DNA from: Thecamonas trahens ATCC 50062
Taxonomy: Eukaryota > Protista > Apusomonadida
Assembly (NCBI RefSeq): GCF_000142905.1
Contig: NW_013657643.1
Coordinates: 266,054 to 330,053, forward strand
DNA length: 64,000 nucleotides
Direction of reading: 5' to 3'
Positions 9,596 through 20,963 of this stretch are shown one piece after another. The notes under the pieces were generated by a model. The model worked only from the letters and a program-made list of their open reading frames with translations. It was not told the DNA's origin and did no database searches. The position numbers and the translations under genes are program-made. Numbering within the stretch: the stretch's first letter is position 1; every line of letters starts with the position of its first letter.

Positions 9596-11105
9596 ATGTA
9601 CACGGTTCAATCCCTGCTCCAGACGGCGCTCGACGCGGCGTCAACCACAGGCACGCCGCTAGCAGAGGTAGCAACCTCAAACTGGGATGTAGAGAACCAT
9701 TTCCGTAATGTCTACAACCCCTCTGATGTATGTCATCTCCCTCTCTTCATACCTCCCACACAGGCCCTGTCCCCTCCCCCCCCGTACCCCCCCCCCCCCC
9801 TTTGCGACTCGACCTCAAAGAGTGACAAGAGGGAGAGGGGGACATTTGTGGATTTTTGTACCACCTCCCACGGGCTTGCTACATGTCCGACACCTCCCCC
9901 AACTCACTACCTACCTTGTACATATGCATAACTATCTGGAATCGTCTTTTCTCGCTTCTCCTTTTTTGCTTCCGTCCGTTATCCTGCTGAAACGCTGCTG
10001 GTCTGTCCTTGAATATTTCAAATCGATTTCAAATCGTCCGAATCGTCGTCGTCACCAACGCGGCTCTCACCTCCATCATCTACAGATCAAGTCACTCAAC
10101 CACCTCGAGCACCACAAGGTGGCCAATGGCTCAGTCGTCCGCTTCAGATGCATGGTGCAGGACAACCTTGACACTCTGCTCTGCCGCGCTGTGGTCAAGC
10201 TTGATCCGGTGCCCGGTGCCGAGGAGGAGGATCCTGCTCAGCCGCGAGGCTCGCGCTATCTGTGCGGCAAATACCGCCACACCGTCCCGCTGCCTGACGG
10301 CTACGACGTCGACGACGACTTCCGTGCCTACTCGGACCAGTACACCTACCACTGTACTACAGTGCCTGGCGAGACTCCTTGGCTCCTCGACGACGAGGCC
10401 AACGAGCTCCGTTTGCCACCCTGCCCAACTCGGCCCCGCCCTCGCCAGCCCCGTTCGGCACCCCGTCACGCAAGCGGCGCACCCGTTCGCGTGATGACGA
10501 CGATGACGACGATGCTGGCAACATGATGGCCCGCGCCCCGTCGTTCTCGCCCTCGCCCTCGCCCGGCCTCGGCCCGGCACCTGGCGACATGGATCTCGGC
10601 TCACCGTCGGCCTCGCGTGAGGGCACGCCCGCCGCGTCGTCATCCATCGGCCCGGCAGCCAAGAAGAACCGCCCGCTCGCCGCTGCCGCCTCATCGGCCG
10701 CCGCCGCTTTCACCACTCCGGGTGCCACCCTCCGTAACCTCAACGATGCCATCGTCAACCTGCCCGGCACCGGCGCAGGCGCCGGCCCGGCCTTTGGCGC
10801 CATTGTCCACTTCTATGACTCGGACCCGTCGCTCAAACTCAACTCGATCATTGATGTCGTCGGCATCCTCGAGCTGACGCCAGCAGAGACCGCGTTCCGC
10901 AACCCTCATGATGCTGAAGGCATCGACTTTTACGAGGAGCACATGGCCCACCACCCGCCGTCGTCGCTTGTCCCGCGCATCCACGTCCTCTTCCACGACA
11001 CCCGTGCCCATCCGCTCGCTTCCATCCCGCAGCCGGTCGTCGACCCGGACGCCTCTCGCGCCGCCCTCGCCCTTCCTTTGTCGGTCGAGGCCGCGCTCGG
11101 CAGCT

Positions 11106-11137
<32 letters not shown>

Positions 11138-12049
11138 CGCGCCCACCTCGCCGCCGCTGCCGGAGGCGACGCCCTCGCCGCCGAGTACCTCATGCTTGCC
11201 CTCGTCTCGCGCGTTACCTCGCCGCCCGAGGCATCCAGTCCGCTCGGCTCGTTCCACCTCAACCTCTCCGGCGTTGTCGGTGGATCTGCAGCCTCGCTCT
11301 ACCAAGCCATCTGCGACGTCGCCCCGCTGGTGGTCGGCGTCCCGCTTGCCATCGACCTCCTCAACGACCGCTCGTTTGTTCCGCACAAGGACTACACCAC
11401 CAACCGCCTCGTCGCCGGTGTTCTCCAACTCGCGCCGTCGACCATGCTCCTCGTCGACGAAACCGCCATGGCTTCGGGCCAGGTCTCGCAGGTCGGCGTT
11501 GCCAACCTCTTTGCCTTTGCCACCATCATGGACCGCGCCGCCCTCGAGTACGACTTTGGCTCCTCGCAGGGCCTCGCCTACGACAACATCACCGTCGCCA
11601 TGGACACGCCCGTTGTCGTCTTCTCCGAGGGCACCTCTATGTTTGCCTCGTCCAAGAAGCAGGCCTTTGGCAACCTCTCCCGTCTCCTCGAGCTCCCGCT
11701 CGAGCCGGCCGCTCCGTCATCGACGTCGTCGGCGCCGGCACCCACCGTTGACCACGCCACCGCCATGCTTATCCGCCGCTTCCTCGCTGCTGTCCGCTGG
11801 GCGCCCTACACCTTTGACGACTCGCTCTCTGACGCCATCTCGGACGAGTTCACTACCCTCCGCACCGATCCTACCCTCAACATGGACCCGCAGCGCCTCT
11901 CGCTCTGGCTCACTCTCGCTCGCTGGCACGCCCTCCTCCACGGCAAGTCCTCCCTCGACATGGACTCGTGGGCCGCCGTCAAAGACATGGAGCGCGCCCG
12001 TCTCGCCCGCGTTGCTGCCAGAGCCGCCGCCGCCGCCGCCTCCAGCTAG
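9596..12049 (+). CDS. MCMBP: Mini-chromosome maintenance complex-binding protein; intron 9728-10085; 1-nt frameshift near 10409
   Basis: IKSLN..VRFRCMVQD, PGETPW, LKLNSIIDVVGIL, PPSSLVPRIHV, GDALAAEYLMLAL, PHKDYTTNRLVAGVLQL, LLVDET. Intron GTATGT...TACAG is in frame. Confidence 0.9.
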
Positions 12050-12102
12050 CCCCAGCCAGTCAGCCATTGAATCACGGCCCATCCGTCACTGTCTCGCGCG
12101 TT

Positions 12103-14978
12103 TTACTTGCGCCGCCGGTACCGCTGCTTGCCGCGCTCCTTGAGATTCGCCTTGTGGTTCGTCTCCTCCTCCATCCGCTTGAGGACCTTGGTCTCGTCGA
12201 TCGAGAGGTACTTGGACTTGGGCAGGATTGAGTCGGCGAGCACGTCAAAGTAGAGCTGCTTGCGCTTGATCTCGAGCTTCCGCTTCAGCTGTGCCTGCTT
12301 AAACGAGACCTCGTCGTCGTCATCGTCAAGGTCACCGTCGTCCAGCAGGATGTCCATGGCCTCGGCCTGCTGACGGAGCCAGTCGTTGTTCGACTGCGTC
12401 TTGCGGATCCGGTGCTCGAGGTTCTCAACCTCGCGCGCGAGCCGAATGGCCTTGCCCAGCTTGCCCACCTGCATCAGGTCGACCTCGTAGTCGGGCAGCC
12501 CGTCGGGCTTGTTGAGCACGTGGCAGATGCGTTGGTACGTCTTAACCTCCTTCGGCTCGACGAGCATGACCGAGACGCCCGACGCCGACGCACGTGCCGT
12601 CCGCCCCGACCGATGCACGTACAGGTCCGCCGACCGAGGCAACTGATAGTGGATGACGTGGTCGACCTGCGGAATGTCAAGCCCGCGCGCCGCAACGTCG
12701 GTCGCCACAAGAACAAAGTTGGACTGCGTCCGCAACCGGTCGAGATTCTTCAGCCGCTGCCGCTGTGCCATCTTGGCATGAATCGCTGCTGTCGGCACCT
12801 GCAGCACTGCGAGCAGCGGCGTCAGCCGCCGCAGGCAGGCCACCGAGTTGACAAATACCAGCGTCTTGCCGGCGTTCTTCAGCAGCAAGTAGTAGAGATG
12901 CACGTCCTTGTCCTCCAGCGGCAGCGCAATCTTCGTCTCCTTCAGCGACGCTGCAACCACCGACGACCGCGACAGATCCACAACCTTGGGCCGCCCATGG
13001 AACTTGAGCCGTTGAAAGACTGCAAGCAGCGGCGCGTTCGCCTCTTCTGCACGGAACTCCTTCCGAAGCTCGTCGTCCAGCGCAGACTTTCGCGCAGACT
13101 TCTTCAGCTGCCGCGCCGTCTTGGGCTTCTGGACGTTGTTCTTCACCGCCCGCCGCGTCTCGTCGTCGAGCGCCATCGTCGCCGAAACACCAGCGTCTGT
13201 CGCCTGGCAATCCGCGCCGACGCCAATGCCTTCATCCGCGCCTGCCCTGGCAGCTTCCGCCCGGCCACCTCTTCGTCAAACTCGGCCTCGATCGTCACCG
13301 GCGCAGAGTCCCGTGACTCGGGTAGAAGCATGAGAATCGACTCAAGCTCTTCGTACCGACCCGGCTGCACCATCCGGTCCGCCTCGTCGAGCACAAAGAA
13401 CCGCAGCCCAGTAAGATCCGTCAGGTGCTCGTGCCCGTCCTGCATCATCCGCCACACACGCCCTGGCGTGCCCACCACAATCTGCGGCTTGGTGTTGAGC
13501 AGCCGGACCTGCTTGTGCTCAGAGAGCCCGCCCACAATCACAATCGTACGCACACCCGTGTGCACCGCAGCTGCGTTGATGTGGTCACGGACCTGCACCG
13601 CAAGCTCGCGCGTCGGCACCAGCACAAGCCCCTTCAGCCGCTTGTCGTCCGGCCACCGTGCCTCGGACACTAGCACGCCCTGGATCATCGGCAGCCCAAA
13701 CGCGAGCGTTTTGCCGGACCCAGTCTCGGCCGCGCCCACAATGTCGCGGTAGTACTTGACTGTGTCGCCCACCACTGCCTCCTGGATCGGCGTCGGCTGC
13801 GTAAAGCCGAGGTCGAGCAGGCCACGAACCACGCTCTCACTCAGACCCATCTTGGTCCACGTCTCGCCGTGTTCCTCCACCGTCAGCTGAGCTTGCGCAT
13901 TCTCTTCCTCCATATCCCCCACGCCAGAGCCAGGGCCAGAGCCAGAACCAGATTCTTCTTCCTCGGCCTCCACCTTCACCTCGGCCGCTGCTTTGGCCGC
14001 TGCCTTGGCCGCTGCCTTGGCCGCTGCCTTGGCCGCTGCTCTACGCGCAGTTTTGGTCTTGTTCTTCGCCTCGTTGGCCTCCCGCACCATCTTGGCCTCG
14101 CGCGCAGCCTTGGCCTTGGCTTTGCGCCGCTCGCGTCGAGCAAGCTGCTTCCGCCGGCGCTTTTCGGCGAGGTACTCCTCCTTGGAGAGATCCTTGCTGA
14201 TCGGCGGCAGCTTGGAGCCTGCACTTCCACTCTTGGCGGCAGTGCCAGAGGCAGCCGACTTGTCTTCAACCTTGCTGGCAATGACCTCCTCCGCTATGGC
14301 TTCAGCCAGCTGGGCAACAGAGTTGCCCTCGACATCGGCCTCCATCAGCTTGCGGGTCATGGCCTCGACATCATCCTCGCCGACAACCCCCAGCTCAACG
14401 CCTGTCGGCAGCTGCTCCAGAACATCACCATCCAGCACCTCGAGCGAGACAAATCCCGAGTCTGTCCATCCATGTGTGGTCATGGGATCCATGTCGACCG
14501 TCCGCCAGGTGGCCCCGGCGTTGTGCAGGACGGCACCACCCGTGTTGAGGCGAGAGAGAGGATCAGAGTCCGAGCTGGAGTCGTTGTCTTGGAAATTGGT
14601 GGCCATAGGCACCATCTGGTCATCCCCCGTCCACTCTCGGACTTGGACCTCGCCCTTGTTGCCCTTGCCCCGCTTCCGTCGTCCCACCTTGACCTCCTCT
14701 CCCATCCCCTCTCCCGAATCGTCACCATCTTGCCCAGATGGATCCGAGCCATCCTTGCTCCGCTTACGCTTGGTCTTGCGGGCCTTGTTTCCGGTCTTCT
14801 TCACGTCCTTGGTCTTTGCAGAAGACATAGAAGTAGTATGTGACTTGCTCTTGCCCTTGCTCTTCTTAATACTCATGCCCTTGCCTTCATTCACCTTGGA
14901 GAGCAGCTCAGGGGGAGGTGCCACACCCGCGGCAACCATCGACGCAAGCATCTCAGCATCCGTCAGTTCACCAGACAT
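12103..14978 (-). CDS. DDX24: DEAD-box RNA helicase DDX24/MAK5; 1-nt frameshift at 13185-13187
   Basis: Q motif GFTQPTPIQ, AETGSGKT, PTRELA, DEAD, QTLVF(S)AT, TDVAARGLDIP, YVHRSGRTARA; N-terminal GFVSLEVL typical of MAK5. Confidence 0.9.
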
Positions 14979-15616
14979 GATTGATTGATGGTTGGCCCAA
15001 GTCAGATGTTTTCTGTCACTGACAGCCCCCACCCCCTCCCCCCCTCCCCCCCTCCCCGGCCCCCGGCCACCCCGCCCCCGGCCCCCGGCTCACGCCTGCC
15101 CGACCTCGGTCTGTTGCGTACACGCTCCCATAGACAAGCACTCCCAGCCAGTACGAGCTTCGCCACAGACTGGAAACCACATACCTTCTGTCTCATCCCC
15201 CTCAAGCATGCCTTTCAGATCGATGTAGTGACCAAGGATGTCGTCACAGAGAGGGGGAGGCGGAGGGAGTGAGGGAGTGGGGACGACGCCGAGCGGTGCG
15301 TATAAGCGCAGACAACGGCACAGACGGCGCGCTTCGTCTTGAGACTGAAGAAGATGTAAGGCTGTTACCAAACAGCAGGTTTGTGGTGTCGGTCATTGAT
15401 GTAGAGTCGCAGATCGTACCCAAGTAGTGCATGGTGCCGTACGCCAAGCTTACCTTTGTCTCCAGCCATCATGCTGCAGTTCACGACCTTTTACGGAGAT
15501 CGGTGAAAAGCGAACGTCGATCCGGATCCACTCTCCTCGTCTCCCCTCCCCCCCCTCGTCCCAGCTACCGATGTCAATCACGCCCACGCGTCACCACCTC
15601 ACCGTACACGACGACC

Positions 15617-18600
15617 ATGGCACAAGATTCAGGTAGCAGCGAGCTACTGGAGGCATACCGTGCGTTTACGGACCCCTCGACTCCCGGAAACGAGAGGTCG
15701 AGCCACTTGAACACGGTACTTCTGGCGGTCCATGGCGGTGATCGCGGGCTAGGCGAGGTGGTGAGCGACCTCGCCGCCGAGGCCTTCCTCAACTCGCCCG
15801 AGCCCACTGTTCGAAGGCGCTCAGTCCTGCTTGTGGCCGAGATCATGTGCCGTCTCCCACAACTTCCGCTCTCGTCGGACGTCCTGGCCTTTGTTGCCCT
15901 CTTTCTTGCCGACCGCGTCAAGGATGACCATACCCTCCCCGAGGTTCTCCGCGGCCTCCGCGGCCTCGTGGTCAACCACGGGAAGGATCTGGCCGAAGAA
16001 TCGATGGCGCAGATTCTCTCGGTCTTTGTCACCAGCATCAAGGGCATCCAGAACATGGCCCAGCCCGTTCGCCGCGAGTACTACACCCTTGTCGAGGCCA
16101 TGCTCGCCAGCCCCGCCTTTGTGGCAGTCGTCAACGCCAGGGCCGGCGCGGACTTTGTCTTTGCCTTTATCCAGGCCATGGACGGTGAGAAGGACCCGCG
16201 CAACCTCGGCCCAGTCTTCCGCATTGTCATCGCCATCTTTGCCTCCATCCCGGCATTTGAGCGTTTCACGGAGGATCTGTTTGACATCACCTCGTGCTAC
16301 TTCCCCATCACCCTCCGCACCCCACCGTCATCGACCCCGGCCTCGCTCGGCTTCTCCGTCGACGAGCTCATTGCTGACCTGCGGAGAGTCTTCACCGCTG
16401 CCGATGACCTCGCCCTCTACACCCTCCCGTTCCTGCTCGACAAGCTTGGCGCCTCGCTCGCCTCGACCAAGGCCGAGTCGCTCTCGGCTCTGGTCGTCGC
16501 CTTTGAGTCCTTCTCGCCGCAAGCGCTCGCCCCTGGGCCGGCGACATCTGGTCTGTCCTCCGCGAGGAGATCATGGCCGCAGACGACATCGACTTTGTCC
16601 GTGCTGCCGTCCCGCTCGTCCGTATGTTCCTGGCCCGTCTTGCCGGTGACTCGGTCTCGCTCGCAGGCCTCCTCACCAAGGTCGTGACAGACCTTAAGGC
16701 TCCTGTTCTGGGTGAGCCTGACGCCCAGGTTGCCAAGGTCTGCGTCTCGCTCCTCTGCGCCGTCCTCGAGTCGAGCCCAATTGCAGCCCGCCGCGTCTTT
16801 GCCGACGTCGTGCCCAAGGTCCTCGCGCTTTACGCCTCGCCCAACGTCCGCGCCTCGACCCAAGCCACTCTCCTCGGCTACATGCTCGGCTTCATTATCG
16901 CCACCATTTCGGCCACGGAGCTGCAGTCGGCCGACGTCCTCACCGAGCTCTTTGCTCCTGTCCTGCCGACTTTTTTGGAGACGTTTGTGCCACTTGTCCG
17001 CTCCCGCTCCGACCCCATCATCCGCAAGACGTCGGTCATGGGCCTGCGTGCCTTTCTGGCCTCGTCATTGGCCATGAAGGTCATGCACAGCCTCGACGAC
17101 TCGGCCGTCGTCTCCGTTCTGGAGCTCTGCCTCGACTCGGTCCTCACCGACGACGACGACCGTGTTGTCGATGAGGCGACCGAGACTCTTGTCGCCGTCG
17201 CCAACCTCACCGACTTTAGCTACGCCATCGACTGCTTGCTGGCCGTGGTCGTCACGCCGCTCACGAACCTCTTTGCTAGTGAGCTGGCGCGGACCGAGTC
17301 CGACATGGACACCGCCCGGCCGCCGTTTGCCCGCGTTCTTAAGCTCCTCACCTCGCTTGCCGGCGCTTCGCCGCAGCTCTTCCTCGCATCCTCGGGCACC
17401 TTTTCCTCTGCCGTCCGCGCGACTTTGCTGGCTCCGGAGAGCGCGACCCTTGTGCTCGATGCTCAGCTAGCTCTCCTGCGGGCGGGCAAGGTCCTGCGGC
17501 GCGGCGCCCCCGACAACGAGGCGCTGGCCGAGCGCGTCACCATTCTCGCTGCCGACCATCTCACCGCCGCAGTGGCCGGCGAGTGCCTCCCGTTTGCTCC
17601 CAGCGTCTCGGTTCCGCTGCTGGCCGAGGCAAGTGCCGCACTCCCGCCCGCTGACGTTTTTGACGCTCTCTCCACGGCTGGAGTGGCGCCAGACACGCTA
17701 CCGCTCGGCGTGCTCAGCGGCATCCTCGGTGGCGTGCCGGCGTCGGCTGGAGCTGTGCCTGCCGGCCCACCCGCCGACGTTGTGGCTGCCGGCATGCGCC
17801 GGGCACTAGCTGCGCCCGCTGACGATGCCGCGGGCCCGCTGCTTGGCCTTGCCGTCAACCGCTTTGGCCTCGAGAGCCCAGGTATGGAGGGCGTGGCGCA
17901 GGCCGTCTCCTCGTTCAAGCTTGCCGTGGCAGACGCTGCATCGGCCCCGCTGGAGCTTGCGGCGCATCCCGCACCGGCGTTGCTGGGCTGGATGGCGCGG
18001 GGCCTGGTCATGGGCCCGGAGTTTAACGCCGGCCACGAGCTCGTGCTGGCCCTCCTCTCGCGGACTGCGCTGGAGAGCGAGGGCTCCGAGGCGTTTGCTG
18101 ACGCGGTTGGGGTGGTCATGGGCGTTGGCGGGCCGCGGCCGTACGAGCTCCTGTTTACGCTCGACACAGGTGCCGCACTCCGGCTCATGTACAAGCAGAG
18201 GCTCTTTGCCAGCCTTCTGCCACACCTGCTCGACGAGTTTGAGGCAAGCAACGAGATCAACGTGCTCATCGGCGTCTCGCATCTGGTGCGCGGCGTGCCC
18301 AAGGCTGTGCTCGAGCCGCAGCTCGAGCGTGTCCTTCGCTTCTCATCTCGGCGCTGACTTCTGAATCAGTGGCGCTGCAGGTGGCGACGGTGACCTCGTT
18401 TGCTGCGCTGGCGGTCGACGTTCCGGCGCGAATGGCCGAGTTTGTCGACGTCCTCGTCCCCACCCTTATCAAGCTCGCCGGGTTTGAGGGCTCGGTGGCA
18501 GTCCGCCTCGCCGCCGTCCGCTGCCTGGAGGCGGTCACCACGCTCGGAGGCTCGCAAGTCGGTAGGTTGCAGAAAACCGTTCTTCGCCAGCTCCAGCCGG

Positions 18601-18674
18601 TGCTTGACGACTGCAAGCGGGCCGTCCGCCTCGCCGCCGTCCGGGCGCGCAACAAGTGGGCAGTTCTGATGTAA
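15617..18674 (+). CDS. MMS19: MMS19 cytosolic Fe-S assembly targeting factor; 1-nt frameshifts near 16531 and 18337
   Basis: MDGEKDPRNL, LFDITSCYFPI, LMYKQRLF and C-terminal LDDCKRAVRLAAVRARNKW are MMS19 signatures. Confidence 0.88.
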
Positions 18675-18709
18675 ACCGCTCACCAGCTCCAGCGCTGCCC
18701 GCTAGGGCG

Positions 18710-19945
18710 CTACCCGCGGCGCTTGTACAGGCACGGCTCGAGCGTGATGGCAGCCTTGCTCAGCTGTGCGTGAGAAGGCATGGAGAGCTTGCGGAAGTCG
18801 AGCATGACAAACATGGTGTTTTTCTCGTCACGGGCCTCCAGCTTGTAGCCGAGCGAGCAGATGGAGTTGACAAAGGTGTCGATCGAAGGAATGCGCGACT
18901 TGACCTCGGCAATCTTGAGAATGCCCTTGACAACTAGGACACGCGAGGCCTCGGCCACAAAGTCGATGACGTTGGTGCCCATAAGCGAGAGGCAGAAGAC
19001 TGCAACGTGGATCGACTCGTCCGGCAGCGGCGTGTTGGCCATGTCGCAGGCAATGACCGACTCGTTGGCAGCAACAAGATCAAACGAGTAGACCTCGGGC
19101 TGGCGGACCGAAGCCGCAAGCTTGGCCTCGCCACAGCCAAAGTCGGCGATGACAAGCTCTTCCGGTAGCTTGTTGAGCCACTTGATAATGACGTCGACCG
19201 GGTTGGCCGGCCACTTGACCACCTGCGCGGCAAAGCCTGCGTGGTACACATCGAACAGCGAGGTATCCTCCGAAAAGATCTTGAACGACTCATCTCCCGG
19301 CCGGGTGTACAGTTGCTCGTTGAGCCACCGGAACCGCGCTCCCTTCATCAGCTTGGTATCCGCGTGCTGCGCCTCCATCTGAGCCGGCGGAAGCATTGAG
19401 GAAAACAGCGGCATATCCTCCCCGCCTGAGCTCCCCGCCGATGCCATCGCCAGCTCCGTGCCCTTACCCTTACCCTTGCCCTTGCCCTTGCCTTTGCCTT
19501 TGCCCTTGGTCTTGGCCTTGGCCTTGGCCTTGCCTGATGGCGCCGGGGCGGCGCTTGCAGCTTTCGCCTCATTCCGCGGCTTGCGCATCTTGACCGGCGG
19601 CCCCTGGCCCATTCCGGCCTCATCCACACGCCTCCGCTTCACCATCGACGATCCATTTCCCTTGCCAGACTTTCCCGACTTCCCGCCTCCAGATTTTCTC
19701 CCAGACTGGCCTCCAGCCGCACCACCACCCGTCGCCCCGTGAGGAGACGGCTCCTGGCCGTGGCCCATCTTGGCCATCCGTCCCGACGGCCGACCAACAG
19801 CAGCAGCCGCTGTGGAATCCTTTGCAGCACCGTTTTCGGATCTGGCCTTTCCACCATTACCATGGCTATTCTTTGTACCACTGGTGGTCTTCTTCTTGGC
19901 AGCAAGTTTGCGCTTGAGCGCCGCTTGGAGCGCCTTCTTGTCCAT
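18710..19945 (-). CDS. RRP8: Ribosomal RNA-processing protein 8 (rRNA methyltransferase)
   Basis: GARFRWLNEQLYT, FDVYHAGF..QVVKWPANPVD, ADFGCGEA, VFCLSLMGTN, LEPCLYKRR. Confidence 0.95.
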   Translation of the reverse strand: MDKKALQAALKRKLAAKKKTTSGTKNSHGNGGKARSENGAAKDSTAAAAVGRPSGRMAKMGHGQEPSPHGATGGGAAGGQSGRKSGGGKSGKSGKGNGSSMVKRRRVDEAGMGQGPPVKMRKPRNEAKAASAAPAPSGKAKAKAKTKGKGKGKGKGKGKGKGTELAMASAGSSGGEDMPLFSSMLPPAQMEAQHADTKLMKGARFRWLNEQLYTRPGDESFKIFSEDTSLFDVYHAGFAAQVVKWPANPVDVIIKWLNKLPEELVIADFGCGEAKLAASVRQPEVYSFDLVAANESVIACDMANTPLPDESIHVAVFCLSLMGTNVIDFVAEASRVLVVKGILKIAEVKSRIPSIDTFVNSICSLGYKLEARDEKNTMFVMLDFRKLSMPSHAQLSKAAITLEPCLYKRRG

Positions 19946-20409
19946 GGCGCCGTCAGCTCAAAGTCGAGTCTCCCTCGATGGGCGGCGGATCACTTAGTCG
20001 GTGGCGTGTGTGGTGGAGTCTACTTCGCCCATGGCTTGCGCGGACAAGGGTGCGTGATTAGATATCGATGACGGAATATGCGCTGTGACAGGTTGATAAT
20101 TGATACATCCCTTGCATCTGACTCAAACACCCGATCTCTCAGCCCAATCGGTGGCCAGCTTGGGGAAGGGATCGATCTGGCGATGAGGGACATCATCAAG
20201 CATGGATGGTGCGGACAAGGGCAGGCAATAAGATGCAATGATGGCTATCGAGTATTGATCATACACTGTGATGCGCTGATTCTTGATTCATACACCCCTT
20301 TACCGCACCCCTCCTGGGTTTATCTGACCGTGTAGGTCGTCATCATCGGATCATCCAGCATGCCGTGCCATGGCTCGCGTACACACGATATCATGGTGAG
20401 AATTGGGCG

Positions 20410-20820
20410 CCCAGAGAGCGCCCTGTCGTCGTCGTTGCGCATCGTCATCAAAAGGGTGGGCGGGTGGGTTCCCGCTCCGTTGGAGCCGACTGTGTCCACG
20501 CCATCGGAGCGAAGTACGGTGTCAGCCGCCTCGCTTCGATAAGCCGGCCGCGAGTGTTAGCGACTTGTAGCAGTCGCGGCAACTCTCAGTTGCCGGCCGA
20601 GCGGTCGCTCCGCTGGCTCGACGGCCTGCTGACTTCGTGTGCCAGCAAGTATGAGGCACCCACCCAGAGAGCGCCCTGTCGTCGTCGTTGCGCATCGTCA
20701 TCAAAAAGGGTGGGCGGGTGGGTTCCCGCTCCTCCGGAGCCGACTGTGTCGACGCCATCGGAGCTCATAGCGATGAGAATGAGGGTGCTAGCTGCTTCGC
20801 TTCGCTCAGCCGGCTGCGAC
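20410..20820. repeat. Imperfect direct repeat (~100-140 bp, two copies 253 bp apart) upstream of receptor-RasGAP A
   Basis: CCCAGAGAGCGCCCTGTCGTCGTCGTTGCGCATCGTCATCAAAAGGGTGGGCGGGTGGGTTCCCGCTCC..GGAGCCGACTGTGTC begins at 20410 and 20663. Confidence 0.9.
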
Positions 20821-20963
20821 TGCGACTGAGCTGTGTGGCAATCACAGGCATTTCACGTTTGTCTTGAGTCAAGGAGGAACGGACAAGAGAGTAAGACGTC
20901 GGCATTGACCTCTCTCTTCTTGCTTTGGTACAAGCGAGCAAGTTCTTCGAGTATTACCACATA

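Noticed and set aside
12103-18674. DDX24 and MMS19 as pseudogenes
   Set aside because: All motifs are intact with no in-frame stops apart from single-base slips; these are conserved housekeeping genes, so sequencing error is more likely.
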